A stretch of DNA of 64,000 nt, from contig NC_086097.1 of the NCBI RefSeq assembly GCF_963921235.1, positions 47,060,001 to 47,124,000 of the forward strand, read 5' to 3'. How positions within the stretch are numbered: position 1 is the first letter of the stretch; the number at the start of each line of letters is the position of its first letter. Below the pieces are notes generated by a model that ran no database searches, was not told where the DNA came from, and saw nothing but the letters and a program-made list of their open reading frames with translations. The translations under genes and the position numbers were made by a program. Positions 25,840-38,314 of this stretch are shown here, piece after piece. This DNA comes from Mobula hypostoma (lineage: Eukaryota).

Positions 25840-26710
25840 CAGATTGGGTATCCCTTATCCGAAATTCCAAAATCCCAAAAACCTCCAAAATCTGAAAATT
25901 TTTTGGGCACTAACATGATGTCACAAATGGATAATCCTACAAGGTGCTGGGGAAGATTCCCAGATGATGTGTAGGTCTCTGCGTACTACAGACAGTTCTG
26001 GGATGTGACCTCACATATATAATGAATAGAAGCTAAAGAAACATAGAAAAACACTGCATAAAGTGAAAAATGAAGATCTCGATTGTGTATTGAAAAAGTT
26101 GATTCGTCAGTGTTGCAGTGAACATATATGCCACTTATTGGTGCACAGATCATGAAGCAAGTAAAGATTTATCATGACAAACTGAAAATTGAAGACAATT
26201 GTGAATATTCAGCTGGCTGGTTGCAGAAATTTAAGAAAAGGCACAGCATTAAATTTTTTAAAGCACTTGCTGATCATGAAGCCCCAGAGAAATTCACTAG
26301 TTTGCCAAGATCGTTGCTGATGAAAATCTAACACCAGAACAAGTCAACAATGCTGATTGTTTTTGTACCTTATAAAAGTAAAATACAAATACAGTGTACT
26401 GTAATCTTCTAATCAAAATACGATATTGTAGGTGGAGACTGAAAGCCTGCCATTGTTTGTTGTTGTTCAACAGGTTATTCAGGTATTTTCCCTGATATTG
26501 CTGTGCTGCTTGTGTTAACCTGCACACATTATATTTTCATTATATTAATGGCATGTATTAATTGTTACTGAAATGTACATATGAGCGATGAACAAGTGGA
26601 AGACAAAGATTGCTTACTAGTGATCCCAAGCTATCTCATTATATATTCCAAAATCTAACACCGGAAACACTTTCAGCTCCAAGCATCATGGATAGGGGAT
26701 ACTCAATCTA
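25840..26710 (+). mobile_element. Tigger (Zombi/Tigger4-like) non-autonomous element
   Basis: TIRs CAGATTGGGTATCCCTTATCC vs TAGATTGAGTATCCCCTATCC; TA TSD; CENP-B HTH remnant SAGWLQKFKKRH (ORF 26128..26331). Confidence 0.82.
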
Positions 26711-27778
26711 TAGTTTAACAATCTAAAGCATATAATGATTTGTTGACCATAAGGAAGCTCTACAACAGTTGATCATTGAACTACTATCTGTGATATTAGT
26801 GGTCCGTAAATTTAATGATATTTGAATGTTCATTGAGCTTAAAAGTTTAAAATTTAATACCAGATTAAAGTGAGGAAATGTATATACATTTCAACACTTG
26901 ATGATGACATCTGAGAATCCAACCATTTTTTATCTGAAGGGCTGCTAAACAGACTAGAATTATTTTCTTAGTTTATAGAAAAAATAATCTGAACATCCTA
27001 GTAATACTAAATCAGTCTAATTTGGCATTCCAGTGAGAACATTCTGATAAAGTATCCAAACATTGGAACATCAGGATCAGTTCAATATACAAATACTTCT
27101 TTAAGTACCGACTTTTTCCCAGCAGTTTTATTTCTTTGTGTCAATTATCTAGGCCTGTTCTATTGTTCAGGACTTGGATTTTGTATTGTATCTACCTTCA
27201 GACTTGATCACTGGATTTTTTTTAAACCTAGTTTCTCTCGTTAGTCTTTGTTTCTGTCTATGATAGTATATGTAAAATTAAGATTCAATTGTTATGTGCA
27301 TTTTATTTAATCAGCATTTCTATATCATTGCCATAATTGACATTTTGAATGTAGTACCACCCAATAAATTATGCAGCAGTTTAATCAGAATTAGGTTAAT
27401 TATTACTGGCATATGACGTGAAATTTGTTAACTTAGCAGCAGCAGTTCAATGCAATACATAATATAGAAGTAAGAAAAAATAAATAAATAAAATAAAAAT
27501 AATTATAACAGACAAATAAGTAAACCAATTGCAGTATACGTATATTGAGTAGATTAAAAAATGTACAAAAAACAGAAATACTGTATATTTTTTTATAAGT
27601 GAGGTAGTGTCCAGGGGTTCAATGTCCATTTAGGAATCAGATGGCAGAGGATTTTTTTTAAGAGTGAAAAGCCAGTATTTCTCTGATGAACCAGATGCTG
27701 AAATAAATCAGTATTTTTCAGCATTGAAATGCTCAATATAGGCATTGTTGAGCCTGCTTTTATAGTACCTACTCAGTT

Positions 27779-29150
27779 GAACATAGAATAGTACAGCACA
27801 GTACAGGCCCTTCGGCCCACAATGTTGTGCCAACCCTTAAACCCTGCCTCCCATATAACCCCCACCTTAAATTCCTCCATATACCTGTCTAGTAGTCTCT
27901 TAAATTTCACTAGTGTATCTGCCTCCACCACTGACTCAGGCAGTGCATTCCATGCACCAACCACTCTCTGAGTGAAAAACCTTCCTCTAATATCCCCCTT
28001 GAATTTCCCACCCCTTACATTAAAGCCATGTCCTCTTGTACTGAGCAGTGGTGCCCTGGGGAAGAGGTGCTGGCTGTCCACTCTATCTATTCCTCTTAAT
28101 ATCTTGTATACCTCTATCATGTCTCCTCTCATCTTCCTCCTCTCCAAAGAGTAAAGCCCTAGCTCCCTTAATCTGTGATCATAATGTATACTCTGTAAAC
28201 CAGGCAGCATCCTGTTAAGTCTCCTCTGTACCCTTTCCAATGCTTCCACATCCTTCCTATAGTGAGGCGACCAGAACTGGACACTGTACTCCAAGTGTGG
28301 AGTTTCATAGAGCTGCATCATTACCTCGCGACTCTTAAACTCTGTCCCTTGACTTATGAAGGCTAACACCCATAAGCTTTCTTAACTACCCTAGCTACCT
28401 GTGAGGTAACTTTCAGGGATCTCTGGACATGTACCCCCAGATCCCTTTGCTGCTCCACACTATCAAGTATCCTGCCATTTACTTTGTACTCTGCCTTGGA
28501 GTTTGTCCTTCCAAAGAGTACCACCTCACACTTCTCCGGGTTGAACTCCATCTGCCACTTCTCAGCCTACTTCTGCATCCTATCAATGGCTCTGCAATCT
28601 TCGACAATCCTCTACACTATCCACAACACCACCAGCCTTTGTGTCATCTGCAAACTCGCCAACCCATCCTTCTATTCCCACATCCAGGTCGTTAATAAAA
28701 ATCATGAAAAGTAGAGGTCCCAGAACCGATCCTTGTGGGACACCACTAGTCACAAGCCTCCAATCCGAATGTACTCCCTCCACCATGACCCTCTGTTTTC
28801 TGCAGGCAAGCCAATTCTGAATCCACCTGGCCAAACATCTCTGGATCCCATGCCTTCTGACTTTCTGAATAAGCCTACTGTGTAGAACCTTGTCAAATGC
28901 TTTACTAAAATCCATGTAGATCATATCCACTGCACTACCCTCATCTATATGCCTGGTCACCTCCTCAAAGAACTCTATTCGGCTTGTTAGACATGATCTG
29001 CCCTTCACAAAGCCATGCTGACTGTCCCTGATCAGACCATGATTCTCTAAATGCCCATAGCTCCTATCTCTAAGAATCTTTTCCAACAGCTTTCCCACCA
29101 CAAACATAAGGCTCACTGGTCTATAATTACCCGGACTATCCCTACTACCT
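27779..29150 (-). mobile_element. CR1 LINE, 5'-truncated
   Basis: ORFs 28583..29116 (GVPQGSVLGP, FADD) and 27773..28369; TTCTATG tail. Confidence 0.92.
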
Positions 29151-29917
29151 TGAGACGGTATAATATTGTAATTTAATTTTCATGCAGTGTGTTTCCACCT
29201 AAGAAATTCCCATTGACATTGATTAGTTCATTGGATTTTATTTTGCTTCTCTATGTACCTAAAATTCCTACCAGATTTACTAGATGCAGAATTACATTTC
29301 AATTATTCCCTGCATCTGTTTCCTTTAATTTTTCTGTGATATTTTATTCATTGTGCTGAAGATATAAAAATGCATTGAATATATTATGTAATCCTATCAA
29401 TTCAGAGACTACTTCCTCCCCTCAACCACCAGATTTTTGAATAGCCCATGGACACTACCTTATCATTCCTTTATTGTCATTATTTATTTATTTTGTAATT
29501 TGTAGTAATTTTATGTTTTTACCTCAAAACAGCACTTTCATGTCATGTAAGACGTTGGTAATAATCCTGATGTTGATTCTGAAGGCATGTTATTTTGATT
29601 AATTGCTGATCAGCAATAAACTTTTCCAAATTCTTTTCTGCTTATTTCTGAGAAATATGACTCTGTATTAATTTTTCTGATTTTGTCCTTTAATAGCTTC
29701 AGTTTTCATCTGAGGGAAATAAAGTTAGAAATAAATATTATAAACTCCATTTAGAAAGTAAATATCTAGCACTCTGCATCACCTCTGGGTATAATTATGA
29801 AAATATCAGTTTGATTAGATAGGGTACGAAATAATATATATCAACCATAATTGAATAAGATAAGAAAAATGGTTAAAAGCCAGCTGCCAATGTTTTTTTG
29901 TTTTTCTTTTGCAATAG

Positions 29918-29974
29918 ATAGTATCAGCAGTACAGTACTGTCATCAAAAGCAGATTGTGCACAGAGATCTTAAA
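29918..29974 (+). CDS. MARK3: MARK3 exon, 57 bp (IVSAVQYCHQKQIVHRDLK; catalytic HRD)
   Basis: Long T-rich tract ending gcaatag| and donor AAA|gtaagt; phase 0 to 0. Confidence 0.95.
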
Positions 29975-30224
29975 GTAAGTCCCATCATTTTTGTCTTTTA
30001 CATACAAATTGGTCTGCTTGTTGTCAAGTACTGAGCGAAATATTATTCTTAAATTTTATATTTTATTGCGTAAAAACTTTCAGTCAACCTGTTTTTATTT
30101 TCCTCTTCACTTTATATTTAAAAGAGAACAAATTACATGTAGTAACTATTGAAAGATTCAATTTCAACCTTTTCCAAATTGCTTCAGCTGTTTGTAATTT
30201 GATATAAAGGTAAATTTTTTGGCC

Positions 30225-30576
30225 ATGACGAAGGAGCAGAATTAGACCATTTGGCTCATGGAATCTGCTTTGCCATTTCATCGTGGCTGATCCATTTTTC
30301 ACCTCAGCCCCAATTTTCTGCCTTCTCCCTGTAGCCCTTCGTGTCCTGACCAACCAATAAACTTATCAATCTCTGCCTTAAATATACATACAGACTTGGC
30401 CTCCACAGCTGCCTGCAGCAAGGAATTCCACGACCCTCTATTCTGAGGCTATGTCCTCTGATCTTAGACTGTTCCGCCATAGGAAACATCCTCTCCACAT
30501 CCACTCTATTAAGGCCTTTCACCATTTGATAAGTTTCAATGAGGTCACCCCTCAATCTTCTGAATTCCAGTGAATA
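30225..30576 (-). mobile_element. CR1 3' fragment
   Basis: SLEFRRLRGDLIETY..VERMFPM in ORF 30304..30705. Confidence 0.8.
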
Positions 30577-30702
30577 TGGTTTGTTGTATTTTGCATCCAT
30601 TACCTCCAAATGAATCAACACCCAAGTGGAATCTTTACTTTTAATGTGGGGTGCATATTCTATTTCTAGACAACTCGAAGCCACAACATAAAGCAGCATA
30701 TA

Positions 30703-31925
30703 CATACTTTGTAAAAATATTCAGCCCCCAAACCTTTGTTCACATAATGAATATTATAACCAGGGATTTTGATCAGTTTAAATGAGAATTTTTTGTGAAT
30801 CACATGCTCATTTTTTTCACAGTAGGTCCCCCCAAAACAGGGAAAATTGTAAACCATGAAAAACTAAAAATTCAAAAGCTGAAATGTCAGCAGTTCTAAA
30901 GTATTTATCCTCCTTTGCTCAGTACTTAGTTGAACCACTTCTTGCAACTATTACAACTAGTAGTCTTTTTGAATAGGTCTCTTTTAGCTTTGCACAACAT
31001 GATGGAGCAAGATTTGCTCATTCCTCCTTGCAAAATTTCTCAAGCTGAGCCAAGTTAGTTGGGCAGCGGGGGTGGACAGCAGTCTTGAGGTCTTACCATA
31101 GAACCATAGAAACTACCACAGAAACAGGCCCTTTGACCCTTCTTGGCTGTGCCGAACCACTCTCTGCCTAGTCCCACTGACCTGCACACGGACCATATCC
31201 CTCCACACACTTCCCAGCCATGTATCTGTCCGATTTATTCTTAAATGTTAAAAAAGAACCCGCATTTACCACCTCGTCTGGCAGCTCATTCCATACTCCT
31301 ACCACTCTCTTACCGGAGATGTTCAGTCGGATTAAGGTCAGGACTTCGACTGGGCCTTTCAAGGACCAGGGTAAATTTCCTTCATTTAAAGCCACTCCAT
31401 GGTTGCTCTGGCTGCATACTTCGGGTCATTGACCTGCTGAAAGATGAACTTCGTCTCAGTTTAAGCTTTTTGGCAGAGACCAGCAGATTTTTATCCAGGA
31501 TCTCTCTGTATTTAGCAGCATTCATCTTCCCATCAGTACTGACCAGATTTCCAGTCCCTGCTGTTGAAAAAGCATCCCTATAGCATGATGCTACCTCCAC
31601 CATACTTTACAATAGGGATGGTGTTACTTGGCTGATGCACAGCATTAGATTTATACCATATGTACTGCTTAGTGTTGACGCCAAAAAGTTCTGACCACAA
31701 GACCTTTGTTCCATATTTTTACAGTATCTTCTAAGTGACAATTTGCAAAGTCTTGATGGGCAAGGATATGCTCTTTTTTTTAGCCAGGGCTGCTTCCTTG
31801 CCTTTTTTCCATAAAGACCCTTTTTGTGCAAGGCCTGAGAGATTGTGAAGCCAAAGACCATCTCCAATTGCAGCCACTGACTTCTACACCTCACTTAGTG
31901 ACTGTTAACATCACAGCTGCCTCTC
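30703..31925 (-). mobile_element. Tc1-family transposon remnant with a nested CR1 tail (31098-31307)
   Basis: Transposase remnants LHKKGLYGKKARKQPWL and GTGNLVSTDGKMNAAKYREIL; the CR1 insert is flanked by 7-bp TSD TCTTACC (31091-31097, 31308-31314). Confidence 0.78.
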
Positions 31926-31934
31926 CAAGTTTCT

Positions 31935-32692
31935 TCTCCCTCATCTCCATTCCGGGCTTTAAACAGTCCTTCCATGTAAGGAAACACTTCACCTGTGAAT
32001 CATCATTTGGGGTTATCTACTGTATCTGATGCTCCCTATGTGGCCGCTCTGCATTGCTCAGACCAGATGTAGATTGGGGGAGCACTTTGTTAAGCACCCC
32101 CCACTTCATCTGCAATAGCGGAATTTCCCAGTGTCAAACCATTTTAGTTCCTATTCCCATTCCCATTCCGACATGTTGGTTCGTGGCCTTCTCTTCTGCC
32201 TCAATGAGGCTACTCTCAGGGTGGAGGAACAACACCTCATATTCCATCTAGGTAGCCTTCAACCTGACTTCTCCTTCCAGTAAAATTCTGCTTTACCTCC
32301 CCCTCCTCCTTCTTCTATTCTCCACTCTTGCCTTTTACCTCCTCTTTTCACCAGTTTATCACCTCCCCCCAGTGCTATCCCCTCATCCTTTTTTTCCCAT
32401 GGTTCACTTTTCCTTCCTATCATATGCCTTCTCCAGCTCTTTGCCTTTTCTACCTATCACATTTCAATCTCTTTCTTCATTCCCCCCCCCCCTTCTCCCA
32501 CCCACCTGGCTTCAGCTATCACCTAGCTTGTCCTCCTCCCCCCACCCCCACCCCCCATCTTTTTATTCTGGCATCTTCCCTCTTCCTTTCCAGTTCTGAT
32601 GAAGGGTCTTGGCCTGAAACGTCGACTGTTTATTCATATCCGTAGATGCTGCCTAAACTGCTGAGTTCCACCAGCATTTTGCGTGTGTTGCT
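31935..32692 (+). mobile_element. Penelope-like element 3' part: GIY-YIG endonuclease remnant + pLTR with hammerhead ribozyme
   Basis: KHFTCESSFGVIYCI*CSLCG resembles the PLE GIY-YIG start; followed by a pyrimidine-rich tract, the hammerhead, and the terminal sequence shared with 9221-9308, 39748-39888 and 63890-64000. Confidence 0.8.
32591..32628 (+). ncRNA. Minimal type I hammerhead ribozyme (Penelope-associated)
   Basis: CAGUU-CUGAUGA-AGGGUCUUGGCCU-GAAA-CG-UC^GACUG: intact core boxes, stem I CAGUU/GACUG, stem II, palindromic ACGU stem III; predicted GUC cleavage after 32623. Confidence 0.72.
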
Positions 32693-32917
32693 AACATTTT
32701 ATCATTTTAATCTGTACATCAGTATTTTGAAATTCTATTAAAAATAGTTTATATATACATTTATCTATAAGTGAGAAAAGTTGTATTTTGTTGCTTTAGT
32801 GCAATATGATTTGGATGTGATAAGCCCAAGACATCTGCTACTTTTGATTGAGTAGCTTAGGTAAAATTGCTATAGAAAAGTACAGTGTTTTGATATGCAT
32901 TATTTTGTTTTTACTAG

Positions 32918-33175
<258 letters not shown>

Positions 33176-34325
33176 TAAAAGCAGTGTTTTTATGAAATAA
33201 GTCACTTCATAATGGGGTTGTCAGTTTTCAGTTTGACAGATTTTCATTAAATTTCTCAAATTACATGATTGTCCTGACAAAAGTTTCTACTTCGTTATCT
33301 GTTTATCCATTTTTAAAAAATTCTAATGCTCTATTTACTATATTTACTGCGGGGCGGGGGGGGGGAGGAATGGATGCACTCACTTTTGACATCAAATAAA
33401 GCAGTCAAGAAGCTCATTACAAAAATAACAGATCCAGTGATGTTATGTTTTAATAATATGGAAGTTTAAAAAGTTCTTTATTAAAATTGGGTTATGAGGT
33501 CAAGTTTTCCACCTAACTCAACTGATTTCAACATGTGTGCTTTTAATGTTCACATTGTCAAGTGTAACTGTGTTTTATGTGATTCAGATGTAGCACTATC
33601 ATTTGAATTAAAAACAGAAAATGCCAAGGATACTCAGCAGTCCAGGCAGAAGTCTATAGAGATGGGAACAGTGTTAATTTTCAGATTAATAACTGTTGTT
33701 AGGATTATTTATTTCAGATTTCTTTTCCTGATTGTTCATGGTTTATTGGTTTTCAATTACTGTTGTTTGAGTCTTTACTTCAGTTCACACTGCATTCCAG
33801 AGACTTAACTCATAACCTTGGCAATTCATAGAGGATAGAGGAAGTGCTACATTATTGGAGATGCCATTTTTGAGTAAATAAGTGAGAGGGAAAATCTCAT
33901 TAGAATAAGTTTTGGATAAATTTCCCTGTTATCTTCATCCGTGTTAAAAGTCTGTCCTAAATTTTACCTCATTCCTAAGTGTTGAGTCACTTTGGCAAAC
34001 ACATTTCCGACGTTACAGCATTGACTGCACTTCATTTAAGTATGAAGAAAAGGGGAAAGCCAGCATCGTCAGTTGTTTTCCTCTTTTGAATGATGTACAA
34101 GATTTTCTTCCTGCAAAATAAGTTCATATTCTTCAGCTGGTGCCACAATTACTCCTTTTGGTCAATTGCAGACATTGGTAAATCCAATATATTTCTACTT
34201 TAACATATTTCTTTGTACCTGAGGTTTGTTTTTTTTTCCCAAGTTAGAATATTGCTTTCCTGAAAGCATTGAAAGCAGGGTGAATTACACAGGTGATACA
34301 AATTGTTGTAGTCAATAAATCGTAA

Positions 34326-36160
34326 ATGTAAAAAGGAAAAGACTGATAAAGACAAATGTAGGTCCCCTGCAAACAGAAACAGGTGAATTGATTATGGGGA
34401 GCAAGGACATGGCAGACCAATTGAATAATTACTTTGGTTCTGTCTTCACTAAGGAGGACATAAATAATCTTCCAGAAATAGTAAGGGACAGAGGGTCCAG
34501 TGAGATGGAGGAACTGAGCGAAATACATGTTAGTAGGGAAGTGGTGTTAGGTAAATTGAAGGGATTGAAGGCAGATAAATCCCCAGGGCCAGATGGTCTG
34601 CATCCCAGAGTGCTTAAGGAAGTGGCCCAAGAAATAGTGGATGCATTAGTGATAATTTTTCAAAACTCATTAGATTCTGGACTAGTTCCTGAGGATTGGA
34701 GGGTGGCTAATGTAACCCCACTTTTTAAAAAAGGAGGGAGAGAGAAACCGGGGAATTATAGACCGGTTAGCCTAACGTCGGTGGTGGGGAAACTGCTGGA
34801 GTCAGTTATCAAGGATGTGATAACAGCACATTTGGAAAGCGGTGAAATGATCGGACAAAGTCAGCATGGATTTGTGAAAGGAAAATCATGTCTGACGAAT
34901 CTCATAGAATTTTTTGAGGATGTAACTAGTAGAGTGGATAGGGGAGAACCAGTGGATGTGGTATATTTGGATTTTCAAAAGGCTTTTGACAAGGTCCCAC
35001 ATAGGAGATTAGTGTGCAAACTTAAAGCACACGGTATTGGGGGTAAGGTATTGGTGTGGGTGGAGAATTGGTTAGCAGACAGGAAGCAAAGAGTGGGAAT
35101 AAACGGGACCTTTTCAGAATGGCAGGCGGTGACTAGTGAGGTACCGCAAGGCTCAGTGCTGGGACCCCAGTTGTTTACAATATATATTAATGACTTGGAT
35201 GAGGGAATTAAATGCAGCATCTCCAAGTTTGCGGATGACACGAAGCTGGGTGGCAGTGTTAGCAGTGAGGAGGATGCTAAGAGGATGCAGGGTGACTTGG
35301 ATAGGTTGGGTGAGTGGGCAAACTCATGGCAGATGCAATTTAATGTGGATAAATGTGAAGTTATCCACTTTGGTGGCAAAAATAGGAAAACAGATTATTA
35401 TCTGAATGGTGGCCGATTAGGAAAAGGGGAGGTGCAACGAGACCTGGGTGTCATTATACACCAGTCATTGAAAGTGGGCATGCAGGTACAGCAGGCGGTG
35501 AAAAAGGCGAACGGTATGCTGGCATTTATAGCGAGAGGATTCGAGTACAGGAGCAGGGAGGTACTACTGCAGTTGTACAAGGCCTTGGTGAGACCACACC
35601 TGGAGTATTGTGTGCAGTTTTGGTCCCCTAATCTGAGGAAAGACATCTTTGCCATAGAGGGAGTACAAAGAAGGTTCACCAGATTGATTCCTGGGATGGC
35701 AGGTCTTTCATATGAAGAAAGACTGGATGAACTGGGCTTGTACTCGTTGGAATTTAGAAGATTGAGGGGGGATCTGATTGAAACGTATAAGATCCTAAAG
35801 GGATTGGACAGGCTAGATGCGGGAAGATTGTTCCCGATGTTGGGGAGGTCTAGAACGAGGGGTCACAGTTTGAGGATAGAGGGGAAGCCTTTTAGGACCG
35901 AGGTTAGGAAAAACTTCTTCACACAGAGAGTGGTGAATCTGTGGAATTCTCTGCCACAGCAAACTGTTGAGGCCAGTTCATTAGCTATGTTTAAAAGGAA
36001 GTTAGATATGGCCCTTGTGGCTACAGGGGTCAGGGGGTATGGAGGGAAGGCTGGGTTCTGAGTTGGATGATCAGCCATGATCATAATAAATGGCGGTGCA
36101 GGCTCGAAGGGCCGAATGGCCTACTCCTGCACCTATTTTCTATGTTTCTATGTTTCTATG
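34326..36160 (+). mobile_element. Young 5'-truncated CR1 LINE with an uninterrupted 557-aa RT ORF
   Basis: ORF 34388..36061 (PGPDG, NYRPVSLTS, LDFQKAFD, PQGSVLGP, FADD); (TTTCTATG)n tail; ATGTAAAA repeated at 34326-34333 and 36158-36165. Confidence 0.95.
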
Positions 36161-37161
36161 TAAAAGCAGGAATAGGGGAAGTAGTCAGTATCTGAAGAGG
36201 AAAGTAGAGTTAACATTTTAAGTATTAATTATTTTTCTCTCCACAAGTACTGTCTTTAGTTGTCTTCCACTTGAAATGTTAGCTCTGTTTCTCTTGTAAT
36301 TGAAAAGTAAAATATCTGCTGGTAATCAGAACTAAAAACAAAAAGTGCTGGAAGCACTGTAGGTCAGACAGCATTTGGGAAAAGAAAGCCTTTTTTGGTC
36401 TGAGATCCTTTGCCAGAACTGGGGAAAAAGAGAAGTTTTTTTTTGACAGAGAAAGTAGAGGAGGGATGGACAAAGGAAATAACTGGAAGAGTGAAATTAA
36501 CTCTATTCATGGAGCATTTGAAATCAGATGCTGCTTTATCTGTACCATGTAATGCCAAACAACAAAGCTATGAAACAGAACCATCAGGCTGAGGAAAAAG
36601 TGAACAGGTCAAATTGACAGAAGGCAAAAATGGACCTTTCATATTTGGAAAGAAAGGAATAACAGTTTGGCAAATGTTTACGTTGAATCTGGAAGATGAC
36701 ATGTTGTTCCTCATGTTCTGTAGTTTGTAACATTGTAGGAGTCCACAGAGATATGGGTCAGGGTGATACTAGAGTGGGGAATTAAAGTGGCAGGCAGACC
36801 GAAGTTCATGGTCACTCCTATGTAGTGAATGCAGGTGCTCTAAAGCACTCAACCAATTTGCTTTTGCTTTTCCAAGTATCCAGCAGACCACATTGTGAGC
36901 ATCAGTTGCAATACATGAGATTGGAAAAAATCCATATGAATTTTTGTTTCACTGTTTGGATTGAGTGGTGTGAAGGGAAGGTAAAGGTGCAGTTCAGATT
37001 CCTGTTTTCTGCAGTTTTCTTCATTTTCAAAGGAAATAGTACACATTACCACTGTCTAAACACTACCTAATTAAAAATCTAATTGGTCCTTTTTAATGCT
37101 ACAGTGGAAATAATTGCAGGCTTACTAAGGAAGAAATCTTACTGATTTCTAGAAATCTGAT

Positions 37162-37440
37162 TATTTATTTGGCGATACAGAGTGGAGTAGGTCCTTCTGA
37201 CCCTTTGACCCCAGCAACCACGATGAACCCTAACCTAATCACAGGACACTTTACAATGGCCAGTTAGTCTACCCAGTACGTCTTTAGACTGTGAGAGAAA
37301 ACGGAAGCACCCAGGGAAAACCTACACATTCCAGGGGGAAGCTGTACAGATAATCTTTGCAGACAGCGCCAGAACTGAACTCTGAACCTCACCACAATAT
37401 GTAATAGCATTGTGTTAACCGCTATGTTACTGTGGCAGCC
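37162..37440 (-). mobile_element. V-SINE-like element
   Basis: Minus strand carries a V-domain-like GGTTTTCCCTGGGTGCTTCCGTTTTCTCTCACA; paralogous to 63418-63700. Confidence 0.65.
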
Positions 37441-38194
37441 ACTGTATCAGAATCAGTATTATACTGACACTGATGTCAAATTAATGTGATACAAAAAAGT
37501 TCTGCTGTTTGAAAGATAATCTAGAATGTTTCACTTGGATTTATTAAAGGAACACAGTTGAAGATAGATACTTTAATGATTCCAAAGGAAATTACAGTGT
37601 CACAGTAGCATTACAAGTGCACAGATATCCACATATACAAATGTAAGAAGAGAAGTAAGAAAGAATTTTAAAAAGTTACTCAAAACAGTCTAATGGGGAG
37701 GGGGGTATCACTTCACCAGCTATAGGTTGACTCATTATAGAGCCTAATGGCCAAGGATAAGAATGACCTCATATAGTATTCTTTGGAGCAGCGCAGTCGT
37801 CTTGCTCTATTACCAGAAGTGCTTCTCTGTTTAGCCAAGGTGGCATGCAGAAGGTGAGAAACATTTTGCAGAGTTTGCCAGGATTTCCCATAGGGTCCTT
37901 TATTCTACCACAGCCTGCAGTTTGACTCCTGTAACAGAGCCAGCCTTTTTTTTTATCAGTTTATTAAGCCTGTTGGCATCACCTGTGTTAATGCCATTGT
38001 CCCAGCACACCACCACATAGAAGATTGTATTGGCGACAACAGACTGGTAGAACCTGTGACGGAGAGGCCTGCATACTTCAAGATCACAAACTTACAGTGA
38101 TCATTACATAGAAGTTCTGGTTAAAGCTTTTTTTAAATTTTATAATAAACTACAGTGTTCACTGACACTTTTTATACTTTTAAAATTTGTAAAG

Positions 38195-38314
38195 GAGCTA
38201 AGGGAAAGAGTGCTCAGAGGAAAATATCGGATCCCATTTTACATGTCCACGGACTGCGAAAACCTCCTTAAACGTTTTCTGGTGCTCAATCCTTCGAAAA
38301 GAGGTACATTAGAG
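38195..38314 (+). CDS. MARK3: MARK3 exon, 120 bp ([40 protein letters not shown])
   Basis: Acceptor tttgtaaag| with branch-like ctgac about 30 nt upstream; donor GAG|gtaaga; phase 0 to 0. Confidence 0.95.

Noticed and set aside
33350..33369. G-run / G-quadruplex downstream of the 237-bp exon
   Set aside because: A simple poly-G tract with no supporting context; homopolymer length is also unreliable.
34388..36061. 557-aa RT ORF as a host gene, retron or autonomous element
   Set aside because: It is a typical CR1 ORF2 lacking ORF1 and endonuclease, 5'-truncated with a CR1 tail; there is no sign of domestication.
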